64,000 bases of DNA from an uncultured bacterium (GCA_903848795.1 CAINHC010000021.1:11309-75308), one strand, 5' to 3'; positions 9,969-20,425 are shown, counted from the first letter of the stretch. Made by a program: numbers and translations. Notes: a model not told the origin generated them from the sequence alone.

Positions 9969-10628
9969 ATGTGTTTTTCAGCTTCTGCCAGTTTTATTGC
10001 AAGCGGCGCCCTTGCCGCTCTTGGCGGGGTTTTTTTTGTTTCTGCAAAGAAGAAAGATAAAGTACTCGCGGTAATTCCGATAATGTTCAGTATTCAACAA
10101 TTTTGTGAAGGAATACAGTGGCTTTATCTAAACTCAGGATCTTCTTCATATATTGCCGGATATTTCTTTTTATTTTTTGCTTTTATCTTGTGGCCTTTAT
10201 ATGTGCCAATCATGGTTTTTCTTTTAGACAAAAGTGAAAGAAAGATATTGGGATGGTTTATACTTGCAGGAGTTGCGGTGGCGATTTATTTTTCTACGAT
10301 ATTTTTATTAGGCCCCTTAGATATACAAAGGGTTAATTCATGCGTAAGTTATAACTTTAGTTTTCCCTTCCAAAACTTTGTTGTTTTAGCATACCTTCTA
10401 GCTATTGTCGGATCCCTATGTATTTCAAGTCTTAATATCTTTCGCTATTTTGGAATAGTCGTTGGATTCTTAGGGCTTGTCTCATGGTTTTTCTTTGCGC
10501 TCACATTCACGTCGGTTTGGTGTTTTTTCGCAGCCATTGTCAGCCTAATGTTTTTCTTTTACGTAAAATACAAACATAAGGTTAATATACTATTGGAGAA
10601 AGTAGATAAGAAAGTTTTGCAAAAATAG
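9969..10628 (+). CDS. Polytopic membrane protein, unknown function
   Basis: Roughly six hydrophobic helices; no recognisable motif. Confidence 0.3.
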   Translation: MCFSASASFIASGALAALGGVFFVSAKKKDKVLAVIPIMFSIQQFCEGIQWLYLNSGSSSYIAGYFFLFFAFILWPLYVPIMVFLLDKSERKILGWFILAGVAVAIYFSTIFLLGPLDIQRVNSCVSYNFSFPFQNFVVLAYLLAIVGSLCISSLNIFRYFGIVVGFLGLVSWFFFALTFTSVWCFFAAIVSLMFFFYVKYKHKVNILLEKVDKKVLQK

Positions 10629-10672
10629 ATTTTGATAATTATTACTATTTCCCCACCTTAATTATTCATCAT

Positions 10673-11572
10673 TCAACCTCTTCTAACAAGCAAAACCTTA
10701 ACAAAATCAAGCCACGTCTTACCCATACTACCTCTAAGCGCCCTAACTAAAGGCATCATCTTATTTGTCAGCGCAGCCTTTGCAAATAAATCAAAAACTT
10801 CTTCTTCTGTTTTGTAAGCTTCAGGTTTTTTTGACGCGACATATTTAATTAGTGAGCCCAATGCCTTAATTTCCTCCGCATGTGAGCTGGGCTCAAAATA
10901 AGGATTTCCAGATTCATCTTGTTTTAATTGATGAAGGCTATTATTACCATTATCTGAATCAACCGAAGGAGGGTCCTCCAAAAGCCACGGTTCTTTTGAA
11001 AGAACGTCTTGGACAAATCTAATTGACAACTCATCCATAACTGCTTCATCTAAGTTCCCAGAAACTTCTTCCAATAAATCACCCCTCTCTCCCCTAGAAA
11101 CTTGTAAGCCAGCTCTTTTAAAACCAACTCTTGAACTCGAATCAACTTCTTCCTCTTTGTAATATTGATATGATGAGAAATGTAACACCTCATGGGCAAC
11201 TATCTGTGCCCTACTCAATCTTGGCTCCAAATCGAGAGCGTCTGGCGAATATATTATGCGTTGATGTTTAGTCTGAAAACCAGCATCACCCTTAAGTTTT
11301 GGTGCGCCATCGGCACTAATGTCTACTGCATGAAAATGGTCCAAAGTAAGTGGTGGCATTTTTCCTCCATACCTCTCTAAAAATGCAGGCATTTCCCTAA
11401 GTACAGATGCAATTATTGTCTCATCTTCTTCAGTTTTTTTTATTTCCCACGGTTCTACTTTTTGATTATCAAAAACGTATTCCAAATAAGCTTTAAAATC
11501 ATCGACCTTGTCGCTTTCGCCAGCGAGCCTATCTACACTACTAGTCTCTTTTAAATTAAATTCCTTATTCAT
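10673..11572 (-). CDS. Acidic hypothetical protein with HExxH motif (putative zinc metallopeptidase-like)
   Basis: IVAHEVLHFSSYQ (HExxH); very acidic; no other recognisable family. Confidence 0.35.
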   Translation of the reverse strand: MNKEFNLKETSSVDRLAGESDKVDDFKAYLEYVFDNQKVEPWEIKKTEEDETIIASVLREMPAFLERYGGKMPPLTLDHFHAVDISADGAPKLKGDAGFQTKHQRIIYSPDALDLEPRLSRAQIVAHEVLHFSSYQYYKEEEVDSSSRVGFKRAGLQVSRGERGDLLEEVSGNLDEAVMDELSIRFVQDVLSKEPWLLEDPPSVDSDNGNNSLHQLKQDESGNPYFEPSSHAEEIKALGSLIKYVASKKPEAYKTEEEVFDLFAKAALTNKMMPLVRALRGSMGKTWLDFVKVLLVRRG

Positions 11573-11590
11573 ATATTCATTATTAAAAAA

Positions 11591-12100
11591 TTATAAAATT
11601 TTCAACTTCATCTCCTCTTTAAACTCGAGTGCGCGTTCAAGCATCCTATCAGCCTGTTTCCCCCAGTGAGCATCACACATTGGAATAAACTCCGATGGGT
11701 CTATAAAATTAATTTCAGTCACCTCCCCTCCTGGGTCTTCTACAAAGTCACCCTCGGGCTCTACCAAGCAAACTACTCGAGCGTGAAAAACTGATTCCCC
11801 AGTTGGTCTAATGGTCTCATGCATTCCCACAAGTCTCATATTTATGATTTTCATATTAGTCTCTTCTGCCACCTCTCTCCTTGCTCCATCTCTAACGCTT
11901 TCTCCGTTTTCTAATCCACCACCCGGAATTCCCCAATGTCCTTCTGATTCACGAACAACTAATAATTTATCATTCATAAAACAATAAGCCCTTACGCTTT
12001 CCATTTTCTTTCCTTCAAAAGCGCTATCATCATCGACATCATTATAAATGATTTCAAATTTTAGTCCGGCTGAGGTTATTATAGTTTTTTTGATTTCCAT
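11591..12100 (-). CDS. NUDIX hydrolase
   Basis: Nudix box GIPGGGLENGESVRDGARREVAEETNM (GX5EX7REUXEEXGU). Confidence 0.75.
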   Translation of the reverse strand: MEIKKTIITSAGLKFEIIYNDVDDDSAFEGKKMESVRAYCFMNDKLLVVRESEGHWGIPGGGLENGESVRDGARREVAEETNMKIINMRLVGMHETIRPTGESVFHARVVCLVEPEGDFVEDPGGEVTEINFIDPSEFIPMCDAHWGKQADRMLERALEFKEEMKLKIL

Positions 12101-12122
12101 ATTATTTTTATTAATTAAAAAA

Positions 12123-13157
12123 TTATTCAGGTTGGCCCTCTGTAATCATCTTCTTTATTTCCTTATCAAAATCAGAATCAATTTTCTGATACTTATTAAA
12201 TTCTTTGTATTCAGAAATGGCTTTTTCGTCTGCATCTAGCTTGGAAATCTTCCCCTTACCATCCAAAACTTCATATTTATTGAATGTCAAAAATTGGTCA
12301 ACACTCTCTGCAAACTCTTTCATTGTAAAAGCATTACTTCTTTCTATTAGTCCCTCAATGTAATCAAAAAAGCCTGTAACTGTTCTTTCCAGTTTTTTAA
12401 TCTCACTTTCTTTTAAATAATTCTTTGCGATGGTAACATCAGATTGTAATACCCTACCTGTAGGAGATTTTTTCCAAGTTGTAAGACCCATATATGGCAA
12501 GGTTGCATCTGCCTTGTCATAAATTATTTCAGGTGCTGTTTTCCCAGTGATTGCAAAGTGAAATTTATTTTGAACCATAGCATAAAATTCATGACTCACA
12601 TCAGAATCTCTATCGTAATCGATACTACACTCGGCAAATATGTCTGTAATTTGTTGGTAAATTCGACGCTCGCTTGTCCTAATGGAGCGAACTCGTTCCA
12701 ACAATTCTCTAAAATAATCAACTCCGAATGTCTTCTCGCCCTGTTTCAAACGATCATCATCAAGCACGAACCCTTTTTTAATAAATTCACGAAGTACTTG
12801 GGTCGCCCAAATACGAAAATATGTGGCCTTTTTGGAGTTTATCCTATAACCTACGGCAATAATGACATCGAGGTTGTAATGTACAATTTCTCTGGAAACC
12901 TCTCTATTAGCCTCATTTTGAACTATTAGGAATTTCCTAATAGTTGCCAATTCCGATAATTCTTGAGATGAATAAATGTTCTTAAGGTGTTCATGTATTG
13001 TAGGGATAGAAACATCAAAAAGCTCTGCGATAAGCTTTTGAGTTAACCAAATTGTTTCCCCTTCTATTCTGACCTCAATTTTAGGCATCCCCGCCTCATT
13101 GCCAAACATGAGAAATTGAGCAATTTTATTATTTTTAGTGACATGATTTTCTTTCAT
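12123..13157 (-). CDS. RhuM-family protein (virulence protein RhuM-like), paralogue 1
   Basis: Family signature YNLDVIIAVGYRINSKKATYFRIWATQVLREFI...TSERRIYQQITDIF; HTH-like N-terminus. Confidence 0.7.
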   Translation of the reverse strand: MKENHVTKNNKIAQFLMFGNEAGMPKIEVRIEGETIWLTQKLIAELFDVSIPTIHEHLKNIYSSQELSELATIRKFLIVQNEANREVSREIVHYNLDVIIAVGYRINSKKATYFRIWATQVLREFIKKGFVLDDDRLKQGEKTFGVDYFRELLERVRSIRTSERRIYQQITDIFAECSIDYDRDSDVSHEFYAMVQNKFHFAITGKTAPEIIYDKADATLPYMGLTTWKKSPTGRVLQSDVTIAKNYLKESEIKKLERTVTGFFDYIEGLIERSNAFTMKEFAESVDQFLTFNKYEVLDGKGKISKLDADEKAISEYKEFNKYQKIDSDFDKEIKKMITEGQPE

Positions 13158-13281
13158 AGTGCAGTCAGTTTATCACAAAAGAGACGATGTCTCTAGCTTA
13201 AGAATTTTTTAGGAATTTTTCTCATGTAACCAACTATTTATCACCAAGATCCTTTTTCTCACCCCACTGCCAACGAGGCTT

Positions 13282-13488
13282 TTATCCTTTTTTGTAGCAT
13301 ATATATATTAATAATCCAGTGAGTAAAAACACTCCCGCTAGACCAAGGATCCAATTATATTTTATAGTTAAGGTTAAGGGGATAAAGATGATAAGCCAGA
13401 TAAGCAAAACAAGCCACCCCTCCCAAGTGGCAGGAGTCCATCCATATCCATAAGTCTTATTAACAAACCATATCTTATTTTTTTTCAT
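13282..13488 (-). CDS. Small two-helix membrane protein
   Basis: 68-aa ORF, almost entirely hydrophobic helices; tightly spaced downstream of the MliC-like gene. Confidence 0.3.
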   Translation of the reverse strand: MKKNKIWFVNKTYGYGWTPATWEGWLVLLIWLIIFIPLTLTIKYNWILGLAGVFLLTGLLIYICYKKG

Positions 13489-13506
13489 CTGAGTTATTTT
13501 GTTAGG

Positions 13507-13878
13507 CTATTTTGTAACGCAATTCTTGTATGTCATATTATCCTGACTACCTTCTGTTACAAAAGCGGTATTTCCCTTATTCCAAAAAACTATCGATTCA
13601 TCATCGTTAGCGTAACGAGCGCCAGAGGCAGAAATTGTCTGAGGCAAGAATAATTCTGGACCACCACTTAGAGTTACGTAAGTTGCGCTTTTATAAAAGA
13701 TGGCGTGTATATTTTTGTTACCCTCGCACTGAAATACGACATCACTAACCTTATTCCCCAATACTTCTTGTACGCCAAGCTTTTTACCTAGAAAAATACC
13801 GAGTCCAAAAACTCCAACGAATAATATAATTGCCACGGTTTGTGAAAGCCGGGTGACTTTGTTCCATTTAATTTTCAT
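13507..13878 (-). CDS. MliC-like (membrane-bound lysozyme inhibitor of C-type lysozyme family) membrane-anchored protein
   Basis: N-terminal signal/anchor; two Cys (FQCEG ... YKNCV) bracketing SASGARYANDDESIVFWNKGNTAFV, matching the MliC SGSGAxY...FWxKG core. Confidence 0.5.
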   Translation of the reverse strand: MKIKWNKVTRLSQTVAIILFVGVFGLGIFLGKKLGVQEVLGNKVSDVVFQCEGNKNIHAIFYKSATYVTLSGGPELFLPQTISASGARYANDDESIVFWNKGNTAFVTEGSQDNMTYKNCVTK

Positions 13879-14044
13879 AATAGAAGTATATCATGCCTAT
13901 ATAAATTCGTACCCCAGCCAGCAGGTGAGCCCGTGTCGATTCCACTAAATCATCTACTGAAACTAGCACTTCATTTTACTTCTCATTCTTGAGCTACCGT
14001 GGATTCCTCGGTAGCTCGATTTAAGCATCATTTTTATAAATAAA

Positions 14045-15784
14045 CTACAGAACATCATTTAAAGATCTAAAACCAAAAGTTTGATATTTATTTTTTAAAA
14101 TCGATGGACCTGGCCATTTACTATCATGCTTTTTTCTTTCTTCTGTGTACCAATCTATAATATTTGTTGGTTTATAACCTTCGGGTATCTTATTCCACGC
14201 GTCCCTAACTTCTTCAGCCCAATCTTCGTATTGCAAGAAAGTCATTTTATACTTTTCCTTTCCGATCAGATCATAAAAGGGTTTTCGTCCAAAATTTGAA
14301 TATTTTTCTTTTAAGCTACCAACCTTAGGCCATGTTTTACTGTGCTCTCTTTTTCTTTCTTGTTCATACCAACTCCACAAACTTCTTGGTCTTTCATTTT
14401 CTGGTAACTGACTCCATGCGCTTACAACTTCCTTTAACCAATCTTCATATGGAAGGTAATCCTTATCTCTATAATTATCTTTACCCACAACATCATTCAC
14501 AGATTTAAAACCATGAATTGAATATCGTTTTTTTAATCTTGAATAACTAGGCCAAGTCTTATTGTGATTAACACGTTTTTCCTCGCCGTACCAATCTTCC
14601 ATATCTCTTTGTTTCTCATGCTCCGGTACCTTACCCCGCGCATCCTTAACTTCTCTGGACCAATCCTCATATGGAAGATAATCCTTATCTAAATGATTTT
14701 CCCTACCAACAGCGGTCGTCAACGTTGTAAACCCATAGGGAGAATATTTTATTTTTAGTATTTTTGAACTTGGCCAGGCATTATGACTCTTTCTTTTTTT
14801 GTTATACCATTTTTCAATATCACCTTTTTTTTCTTTATCTGACGTTTCGTCCCATGCGATTTTAACTTCCTCAGACCAATCTTCATATGGTAAATGCTTT
14901 ACACGTTCTCTTTTAAAAAATTCTGATTGCAAGAACCCCTCAGATAAAGCCTCATCACTTATAGATCCTTCTTGTTCCGGTAGTTCCTCTTCAAGATATA
15001 TCTTAATCTTGTTTCTCCAATTTAATGTTTGTATTATTCGTACCCCAATACCTGGATACATAGCAATGAGTGAATTTTTATCTTGCTTTCCATCAATATC
15101 CAAATCATCGAGTTGGATATGAAGCTCTTGCAATTTTTGTGTATCAAAAACATAACTCGCATTACCTTCTTCATCACATATATATACGGCTCGATTAAGT
15201 TCAGGCACAATAACTCTTACATACGGAGTTTTTCTAATCATCTCATCTTTTACCTCACCCTCTAGTACTAGCATTTGTTCTATATCTCTTATATCAATAT
15301 CAAAGTCTGTTTCAAGAATATACATAAGAGTCAGAAGTCTTGGTATAAACTTCTTCTTTTCAAAAGGAGTATCACCAGGAATTATTCCTTGATTCTCCAA
15401 TTGATCAGGTGGAGTGATGATTGTTTCTGTTTTTTCCTTTGACCCCTGAATGCTTATCTTGACGGCGTCAATCTTTGCTTTAACTTCCTGAATACGATCT
15501 AATATTTCTGAAATGTTTGGTAATTCAAGTTTTTTACATACATCGTCTTCTTGTTCCTGAGTATTTAAAGATAAATTACCTTCAAGATTAGGGTTGGTCT
15601 TATATTCATGAAGCAAGTCATTAATAAGTTCGATTGTATCGCTTACAGCTTCGTCTGCAAAAGATTCTATGTTTTCGACAGTAAGGGGTTTGTATAAAAT
15701 ACCATTTAGTCTTTTAATCGATTCCTCTTTTAAGACTTCAAGAGATTTATATAACTCTACCTGTTTAAATGGATTTTCTAACAT
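14045..15784 (-). CDS. Hypothetical protein with four C-terminal ~65-aa Trp-rich tandem repeats
   Basis: Repeat consensus YEDW.EEV..AW.........WY.EERK.H..TWP....LK.KY..FGF.S.NDV.G, four copies over aa ~300-579; N-terminal 300 aa unassigned. Confidence 0.5.
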   Translation of the reverse strand: MLENPFKQVELYKSLEVLKEESIKRLNGILYKPLTVENIESFADEAVSDTIELINDLLHEYKTNPNLEGNLSLNTQEQEDDVCKKLELPNISEILDRIQEVKAKIDAVKISIQGSKEKTETIITPPDQLENQGIIPGDTPFEKKKFIPRLLTLMYILETDFDIDIRDIEQMLVLEGEVKDEMIRKTPYVRVIVPELNRAVYICDEEGNASYVFDTQKLQELHIQLDDLDIDGKQDKNSLIAMYPGIGVRIIQTLNWRNKIKIYLEEELPEQEGSISDEALSEGFLQSEFFKRERVKHLPYEDWSEEVKIAWDETSDKEKKGDIEKWYNKKRKSHNAWPSSKILKIKYSPYGFTTLTTAVGRENHLDKDYLPYEDWSREVKDARGKVPEHEKQRDMEDWYGEEKRVNHNKTWPSYSRLKKRYSIHGFKSVNDVVGKDNYRDKDYLPYEDWLKEVVSAWSQLPENERPRSLWSWYEQERKREHSKTWPKVGSLKEKYSNFGRKPFYDLIGKEKYKMTFLQYEDWAEEVRDAWNKIPEGYKPTNIIDWYTEERKKHDSKWPGPSILKNKYQTFGFRSLNDVL

Positions 15785-16106
15785 ATTTACATTTTATCCT
15801 AGATATCGGTTATTATAAAGGCTTCTCTATTTTTTCCAACGCCTGTCTCGCTTAAGACAAATCAGCTTTATCTCCGTTTGACAACCTATCGCCGTATTCT
15901 TCTGGCGCCATTATTATCGCAATCTTTTTTCTTAATACCTCTTCATGCCCCCATTCAGATCGTTTTATCATAAGAACATTGCGATTATTTATAGCACAGG
16001 ACTAACGATTTAAAATATTAAGACTGCAAGTTGCTTCAACCCAGTAGGCAACAATCCACCCAAAATACCTCGAAGAATATAGTTTTAAAAAAACAATTAC
16101 AGACAT

Positions 16107-16856
16107 CTACAAAACCCTAAATACATAACCTTCTTTCTTCAATTTAGTTACTATTTCTTCTATTGCAACGTATGTGGCCGGCGCGTTCGGACCACCCAAA
16201 TGCATGATTATTACCGATTTATCATGAACTCCACTCAACACCGCTTTGACAATACCTTTCGAATTCTTATTAAAAGAATCTCCCGACGTTAGCCCAGCGT
16301 CAGAAACAGTTAATCCAATTTTTTGGGCCAATAGATCATCTTGTTGATTATGGCAAAGACCTGGATGGCGGAAATATTTTGGAACAACGCCCGTGAGTGC
16401 TGTAAGAATTCTTTGGGTCTTTTGCATTTCCTCAATTTTATCTTCATCTGTATTGATAATTTTTAACTTATAGCAGGGCGACTCAAAACCAGGGTGATCG
16501 TATGAGTGATTAGCAATTTCAATATCTGGATATTTAGCAATTTCCCTTATCAAATCTGGATATACCTCAGCGAACATTCCAGTAACAAAAATCGTGGAGG
16601 GAATCTTTTCACTTTCTAAATAATTAACAAGATCTTTACTATAATAATCAGAAACTTTTTTCTCATCCAACTTCTTTTTCATAAATGGTGTCATGTCGGC
16701 ATCGAATGTGAGATACACCACTTTTGATTTTGATACCTGAATTTCAGCCTTACTTTCAGCATCGCTTTCTACTTTTTTTGTATGTAAAATATAGAAGACG
16801 ATGCAAATCAAAATCGCCAGAATAACCGCAAAGATGATTTTTCTATTTCTAATCAT
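16107..16856 (-). CDS. Polysaccharide deacetylase (CE4, NodB homology domain), membrane-anchored
   Basis: N-terminal TM; TFDADMTP and NHSYDHP motifs. Confidence 0.65.
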   Translation of the reverse strand: MIRNRKIIFAVILAILICIVFYILHTKKVESDAESKAEIQVSKSKVVYLTFDADMTPFMKKKLDEKKVSDYYSKDLVNYLESEKIPSTIFVTGMFAEVYPDLIREIAKYPDIEIANHSYDHPGFESPCYKLKIINTDEDKIEEMQKTQRILTALTGVVPKYFRHPGLCHNQQDDLLAQKIGLTVSDAGLTSGDSFNKNSKGIVKAVLSGVHDKSVIIMHLGGPNAPATYVAIEEIVTKLKKEGYVFRVL

Positions 16857-16862
16857 ATTAAG

Positions 16863-17885
16863 CTATTTATCAGATACATTCTTAACTTTCTTCTCAATCC
16901 TCTTTTGAACACTCCTGATCGTCTCCAAATAGGCTTCTTCTACTGGTGAAAGAGTTTTTACTTGATACTTCTTGTATTCAGTCTTGGCTTTTTCTAATGC
17001 TTGTTCATGACTTACGTTTCCAGAATCTTTAAGTAAACCCTTCCCATAATTTTCAGTAAATTTATCAAGTTCACTGACCCAGTCCGCCATATACATCTTT
17101 GTATGTTCTTGTGCTTTGATTTCAGCAAGATCAAAGAAGGCTGACACTAAACGATTAAGTCTAAAAAGTTCTTCTTCCGTGAGATAGTTTTTTGCAATCC
17201 CAACTTCAGAAAATACAGGTTGTGCACCAGAAAATGTTGTTAATCCCATAAAGTCCTTTTCTGCATCAGCTCGTGAATGAATTGTTTCAGCAGCAGTGTG
17301 TTTATTGGTAGCATAATGCAATTTATTTTGCACCGTTTTAAAGAACTTAATTGACTCCTGACTGTGGGGATCGTAATCCATACTAGTTGAATACAAATCA
17401 AGCACTTGACGATAGAGCACCTTTTCGCTACTTCTGATATCACGAATACGTTCCAAAAGTTCTTTCCAATAGTTTCCGCCTCCAGTACCTTTGAGGCGTT
17501 CATCGTCCATAGTAAATCCCTTGATAATGTATTCACGAAGCCTGGCTGTTGCCCACTGTCTGAAACGCGTACCCTGTATAGAGCTTACACGATATCCAAC
17601 AGATATGATTACATCGAGGTTATAGTAATTTGTAGGCTTCGTAGAAAAATCGGAAATTCCAATTTTTCTTATAGTACCGTATTCTATGAGCTCTTTTTCC
17701 GAGTAAATATTAAGAATATGTTCATTTATCGTTGAACGACTTTTATTGAATAATTCTGCCATTTGATCAATAGTAAGCCACACCGTCTCATTTTCAAAAC
17801 GGACCTCAAACTTTGGCTGACCATTGTCGCCTTCGTAAATAACTATTTCATTGTTAGATTTGTTAAATTCCATATCTTTTATCAT
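16863..17885 (-). CDS. RhuM-family protein, paralogue 2
   Basis: YNLDVIISVGYRVSSIQGTRFRQWATARLREYI...SSEKVLYRQVLDLY; ~50% identity to paralogues 1 and 3. Confidence 0.7.
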   Translation of the reverse strand: MIKDMEFNKSNNEIVIYEGDNGQPKFEVRFENETVWLTIDQMAELFNKSRSTINEHILNIYSEKELIEYGTIRKIGISDFSTKPTNYYNLDVIISVGYRVSSIQGTRFRQWATARLREYIIKGFTMDDERLKGTGGGNYWKELLERIRDIRSSEKVLYRQVLDLYSTSMDYDPHSQESIKFFKTVQNKLHYATNKHTAAETIHSRADAEKDFMGLTTFSGAQPVFSEVGIAKNYLTEEELFRLNRLVSAFFDLAEIKAQEHTKMYMADWVSELDKFTENYGKGLLKDSGNVSHEQALEKAKTEYKKYQVKTLSPVEEAYLETIRSVQKRIEKKVKNVSDK

Positions 17886-18022
17886 TCATTATCAGCAATC
17901 ATTTTATTAATAAACATCATATCAAATATATATAAAATGAGCTATTATAACTCTATACCACCCTACATAAAATAACCTTGAAAATAGGGCTTAAAAAAAT
18001 CGGCTGTGGTTACCACACGAAG

Positions 18023-19318
18023 TCAGAACCGTTTTGATGCTAGGTAAGAAAAAATAGCTGCAAGCAGACAAACAGCCCCGCCAAGTATAATAGGCATTCG
18101 TGCACCCATAGCGTCCGCAAGCCATCCAGAAAGTGGTCCGCCAACAGCACCCGATCCAGTTAAAAAGATTCCTTGAAGCGCCATCAATCGCCCGTGCATT
18201 TCTTGTTTTGATTCGACTTGAATCATTGTAGTTGTTGCTGTCATGTATAAAATACTAGACGCTCCCACAAGAAAAATAATTGGTATAGCTACTAAGACAC
18301 TAGGAGAAAGTGCGAGCATCAGCATGCTAATACCAAGCATTGTAGCACCAAAGATAATATGATTCATTTTAACTAATCCCCTACGAGCTACAACAAGGGC
18401 ACTTATGACAGCTCCGACACTAAAAACTGAATAAAGAAGTGTAAAGTTACCGATCGTACCATGAAGGCCCCTGGTTACAAACAATGGAAAAGTAGTGGTA
18501 AAATTGTATGCAATCGTTCCAATAAAAGCGAGCATGCCAAAGTTTATCGCCAATAATGGCATAGAAAAAATATATTTTATACCTTCACCTACTCTACCTT
18601 TTGTTTTAGTAATCTCTGACTTTCGATACAGTTCCGAAGGTCGCATCATCATAAGACAAATTAAAACTGCAATATAGGAAATAGCGTCAAAGGTAAAACA
18701 CCAACCAAAGCCCACCGTAATAATTAGAAGCCCCGCAATCGCTGGGCCTAATATTCGTGACAAATTAACATTTGTACTATAAAGCACCACTGCATTTGGA
18801 ATATCATGTTTAGGGACCATTTCGCTTAAGAAAGATAGGCGAAGTGGATTATCCAATGAAAGCACTATTCCTCCAACAAATGCTAATGCATATAATCCAA
18901 AGAGTGGCGGATGTGGCATAAAAGCCAAAACAGCAAGACCTACAGATTGTACCATCTCCAAACTCTGTGTCCAAATAAGCAGACGTCGCTTATCAAATTT
19001 ATCAGCAATAGATCCTGCCCACAATGAAAGAAATAGTATCGGGCCATACTGTAGAGCAGAAACTATTCCAACAGAAAGACCGCTTTCAGTAATTTTCAAA
19101 ACTAGCAAAGTAAGGGCGATTTTTGTTAGCCAATTACCAGTATTTGAAATAGTTTGTCCTATTGTGAATAACCTATAGTTGCGATTCCTGAGCGATATAA
19201 AAGTCTTCAAAAATGTTTCTTTGTATTTAGGTGGTGCAAATAGTTTTTGGTTCATATAAAAAAATGTCAAAAAAACAAGCCTCGAGATCTCCAAGTTATT
19301 CTGGATTATTCCCTTCAA
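18023..19318 (-). CDS. MFS-family transporter
   Basis: 12 predicted TM helices in MFS-typical 6+6 layout, with a characteristic loop (DKFDKRRLL). Confidence 0.6.
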   Translation of the reverse strand: MKGIIQNNLEISRLVFLTFFYMNQKLFAPPKYKETFLKTFISLRNRNYRLFTIGQTISNTGNWLTKIALTLLVLKITESGLSVGIVSALQYGPILFLSLWAGSIADKFDKRRLLIWTQSLEMVQSVGLAVLAFMPHPPLFGLYALAFVGGIVLSLDNPLRLSFLSEMVPKHDIPNAVVLYSTNVNLSRILGPAIAGLLIITVGFGWCFTFDAISYIAVLICLMMMRPSELYRKSEITKTKGRVGEGIKYIFSMPLLAINFGMLAFIGTIAYNFTTTFPLFVTRGLHGTIGNFTLLYSVFSVGAVISALVVARRGLVKMNHIIFGATMLGISMLMLALSPSVLVAIPIIFLVGASSILYMTATTTMIQVESKQEMHGRLMALQGIFLTGSGAVGGPLSGWLADAMGARMPIILGGAVCLLAAIFSYLASKRF

Positions 19319-20315
19319 TTATTTTCTTTACTTCACGGTCAAAATCAGAAATGTAATTTTTGTCCTGTTCTATGCGGTATTTTTCATATTCACCAAGCGC
19401 CAAGGATTCTGCAACCTCATGACTAATCTTACCAGCATTAGTCAATATTTCATACTCACTGAAATTAAGAAAGGCGTTGAGTTTTTCTATCCAATCCGAC
19501 ATTGTCATTGCTTTACCTCGAGATGCTTGCATTTCGGCGTAGTCTAAATACATATTACCAATACGATTTAGATGATCTAACTCATTTTTATTCAAATAAT
19601 TTTTTGCTATAGTCACGTCGCTTGGCATTATTTTACCCTGCGGATATTTACGCCACGAAGTCAAACCTAGTTTTTCCTTTTTACGGCTCACTCTTTCCGC
19701 AACAATTTCTGCCGCCGTTCTACCGGTAATAGCAAAGTGTAGTTTATTTTGCACTGTTGCAAAAAATTCCTTACTTTCAAACGACTTTGGAGAATAGTCA
19801 ATCGCTGTTGCGTATATGTCTGTAATTTTTTGATATATTCTACGTTCACTCGTACGAATATCTTGTATTTCTTCATAAAGCTCATCAAAATACCGTGCGC
19901 TAAAACGAGAGCCATATTTCATACGGTCACTATCCAATGCATAACCTTTTTGGATATAACTTTTCAAAACACCAGTTGCCCATCTTCTAAATTCTGAACC
20001 TCTTTCAGAATTAACCCTATAGCCAACAGCGATGACAAGCTCGAGGCTATAACAGACGACCTTACGAACAACCTCCCTTTTCCCCTCTTTTTGAACTACC
20101 GAGAATTCCTCGGTAGTTGCATTTTTATCAAGCTCGTTCTCATTATGTATGTTCTTAATATGAAGAGACACATTGTCTGTTGAACAATCAAATAATTCTG
20201 ATATTTTTCGTAAGGTTAGCCACATATTATTCACGTCATACAAGACCTCAATATTTACCCTACCATCTTGAGATTGATAAAACGCTATTTCATTGTCTTT
20301 TATCTTTTTTATCAT
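19296..20315 (-). CDS. RhuM-family protein, paralogue 3
   Basis: YSLELVIAVGYRVNSERGSEFRRWATGVLKSYI...TSERRIYQKITDIY. Confidence 0.7.
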   Translation of the reverse strand: MIKKIKDNEIAFYQSQDGRVNIEVLYDVNNMWLTLRKISELFDCSTDNVSLHIKNIHNENELDKNATTEEFSVVQKEGKREVVRKVVCYSLELVIAVGYRVNSERGSEFRRWATGVLKSYIQKGYALDSDRMKYGSRFSARYFDELYEEIQDIRTSERRIYQKITDIYATAIDYSPKSFESKEFFATVQNKLHFAITGRTAAEIVAERVSRKKEKLGLTSWRKYPQGKIMPSDVTIAKNYLNKNELDHLNRIGNMYLDYAEMQASRGKAMTMSDWIEKLNAFLNFSEYEILTNAGKISHEVAESLALGEYEKYRIEQDKNYISDFDREVKKIIEGNNPE

Positions 20316-20425
20316 ATTTATCCTAGTATATCATACTGATAAAAATTGTAATTTTACCCATTATTTATCTTAAAAATATAATGAGGTTGAACCTGTATCT
20401 TTCGTGTTTGAGTTGGCTGGCCCTA

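Noticed and set aside
13900-13940. Possible tRNA fragment (gtgtcgattccac) as island att-site remnant
   Set aside because: No pairing T-stem or acceptor stem can be drawn around it. It is a chance resemblance to a T-loop.
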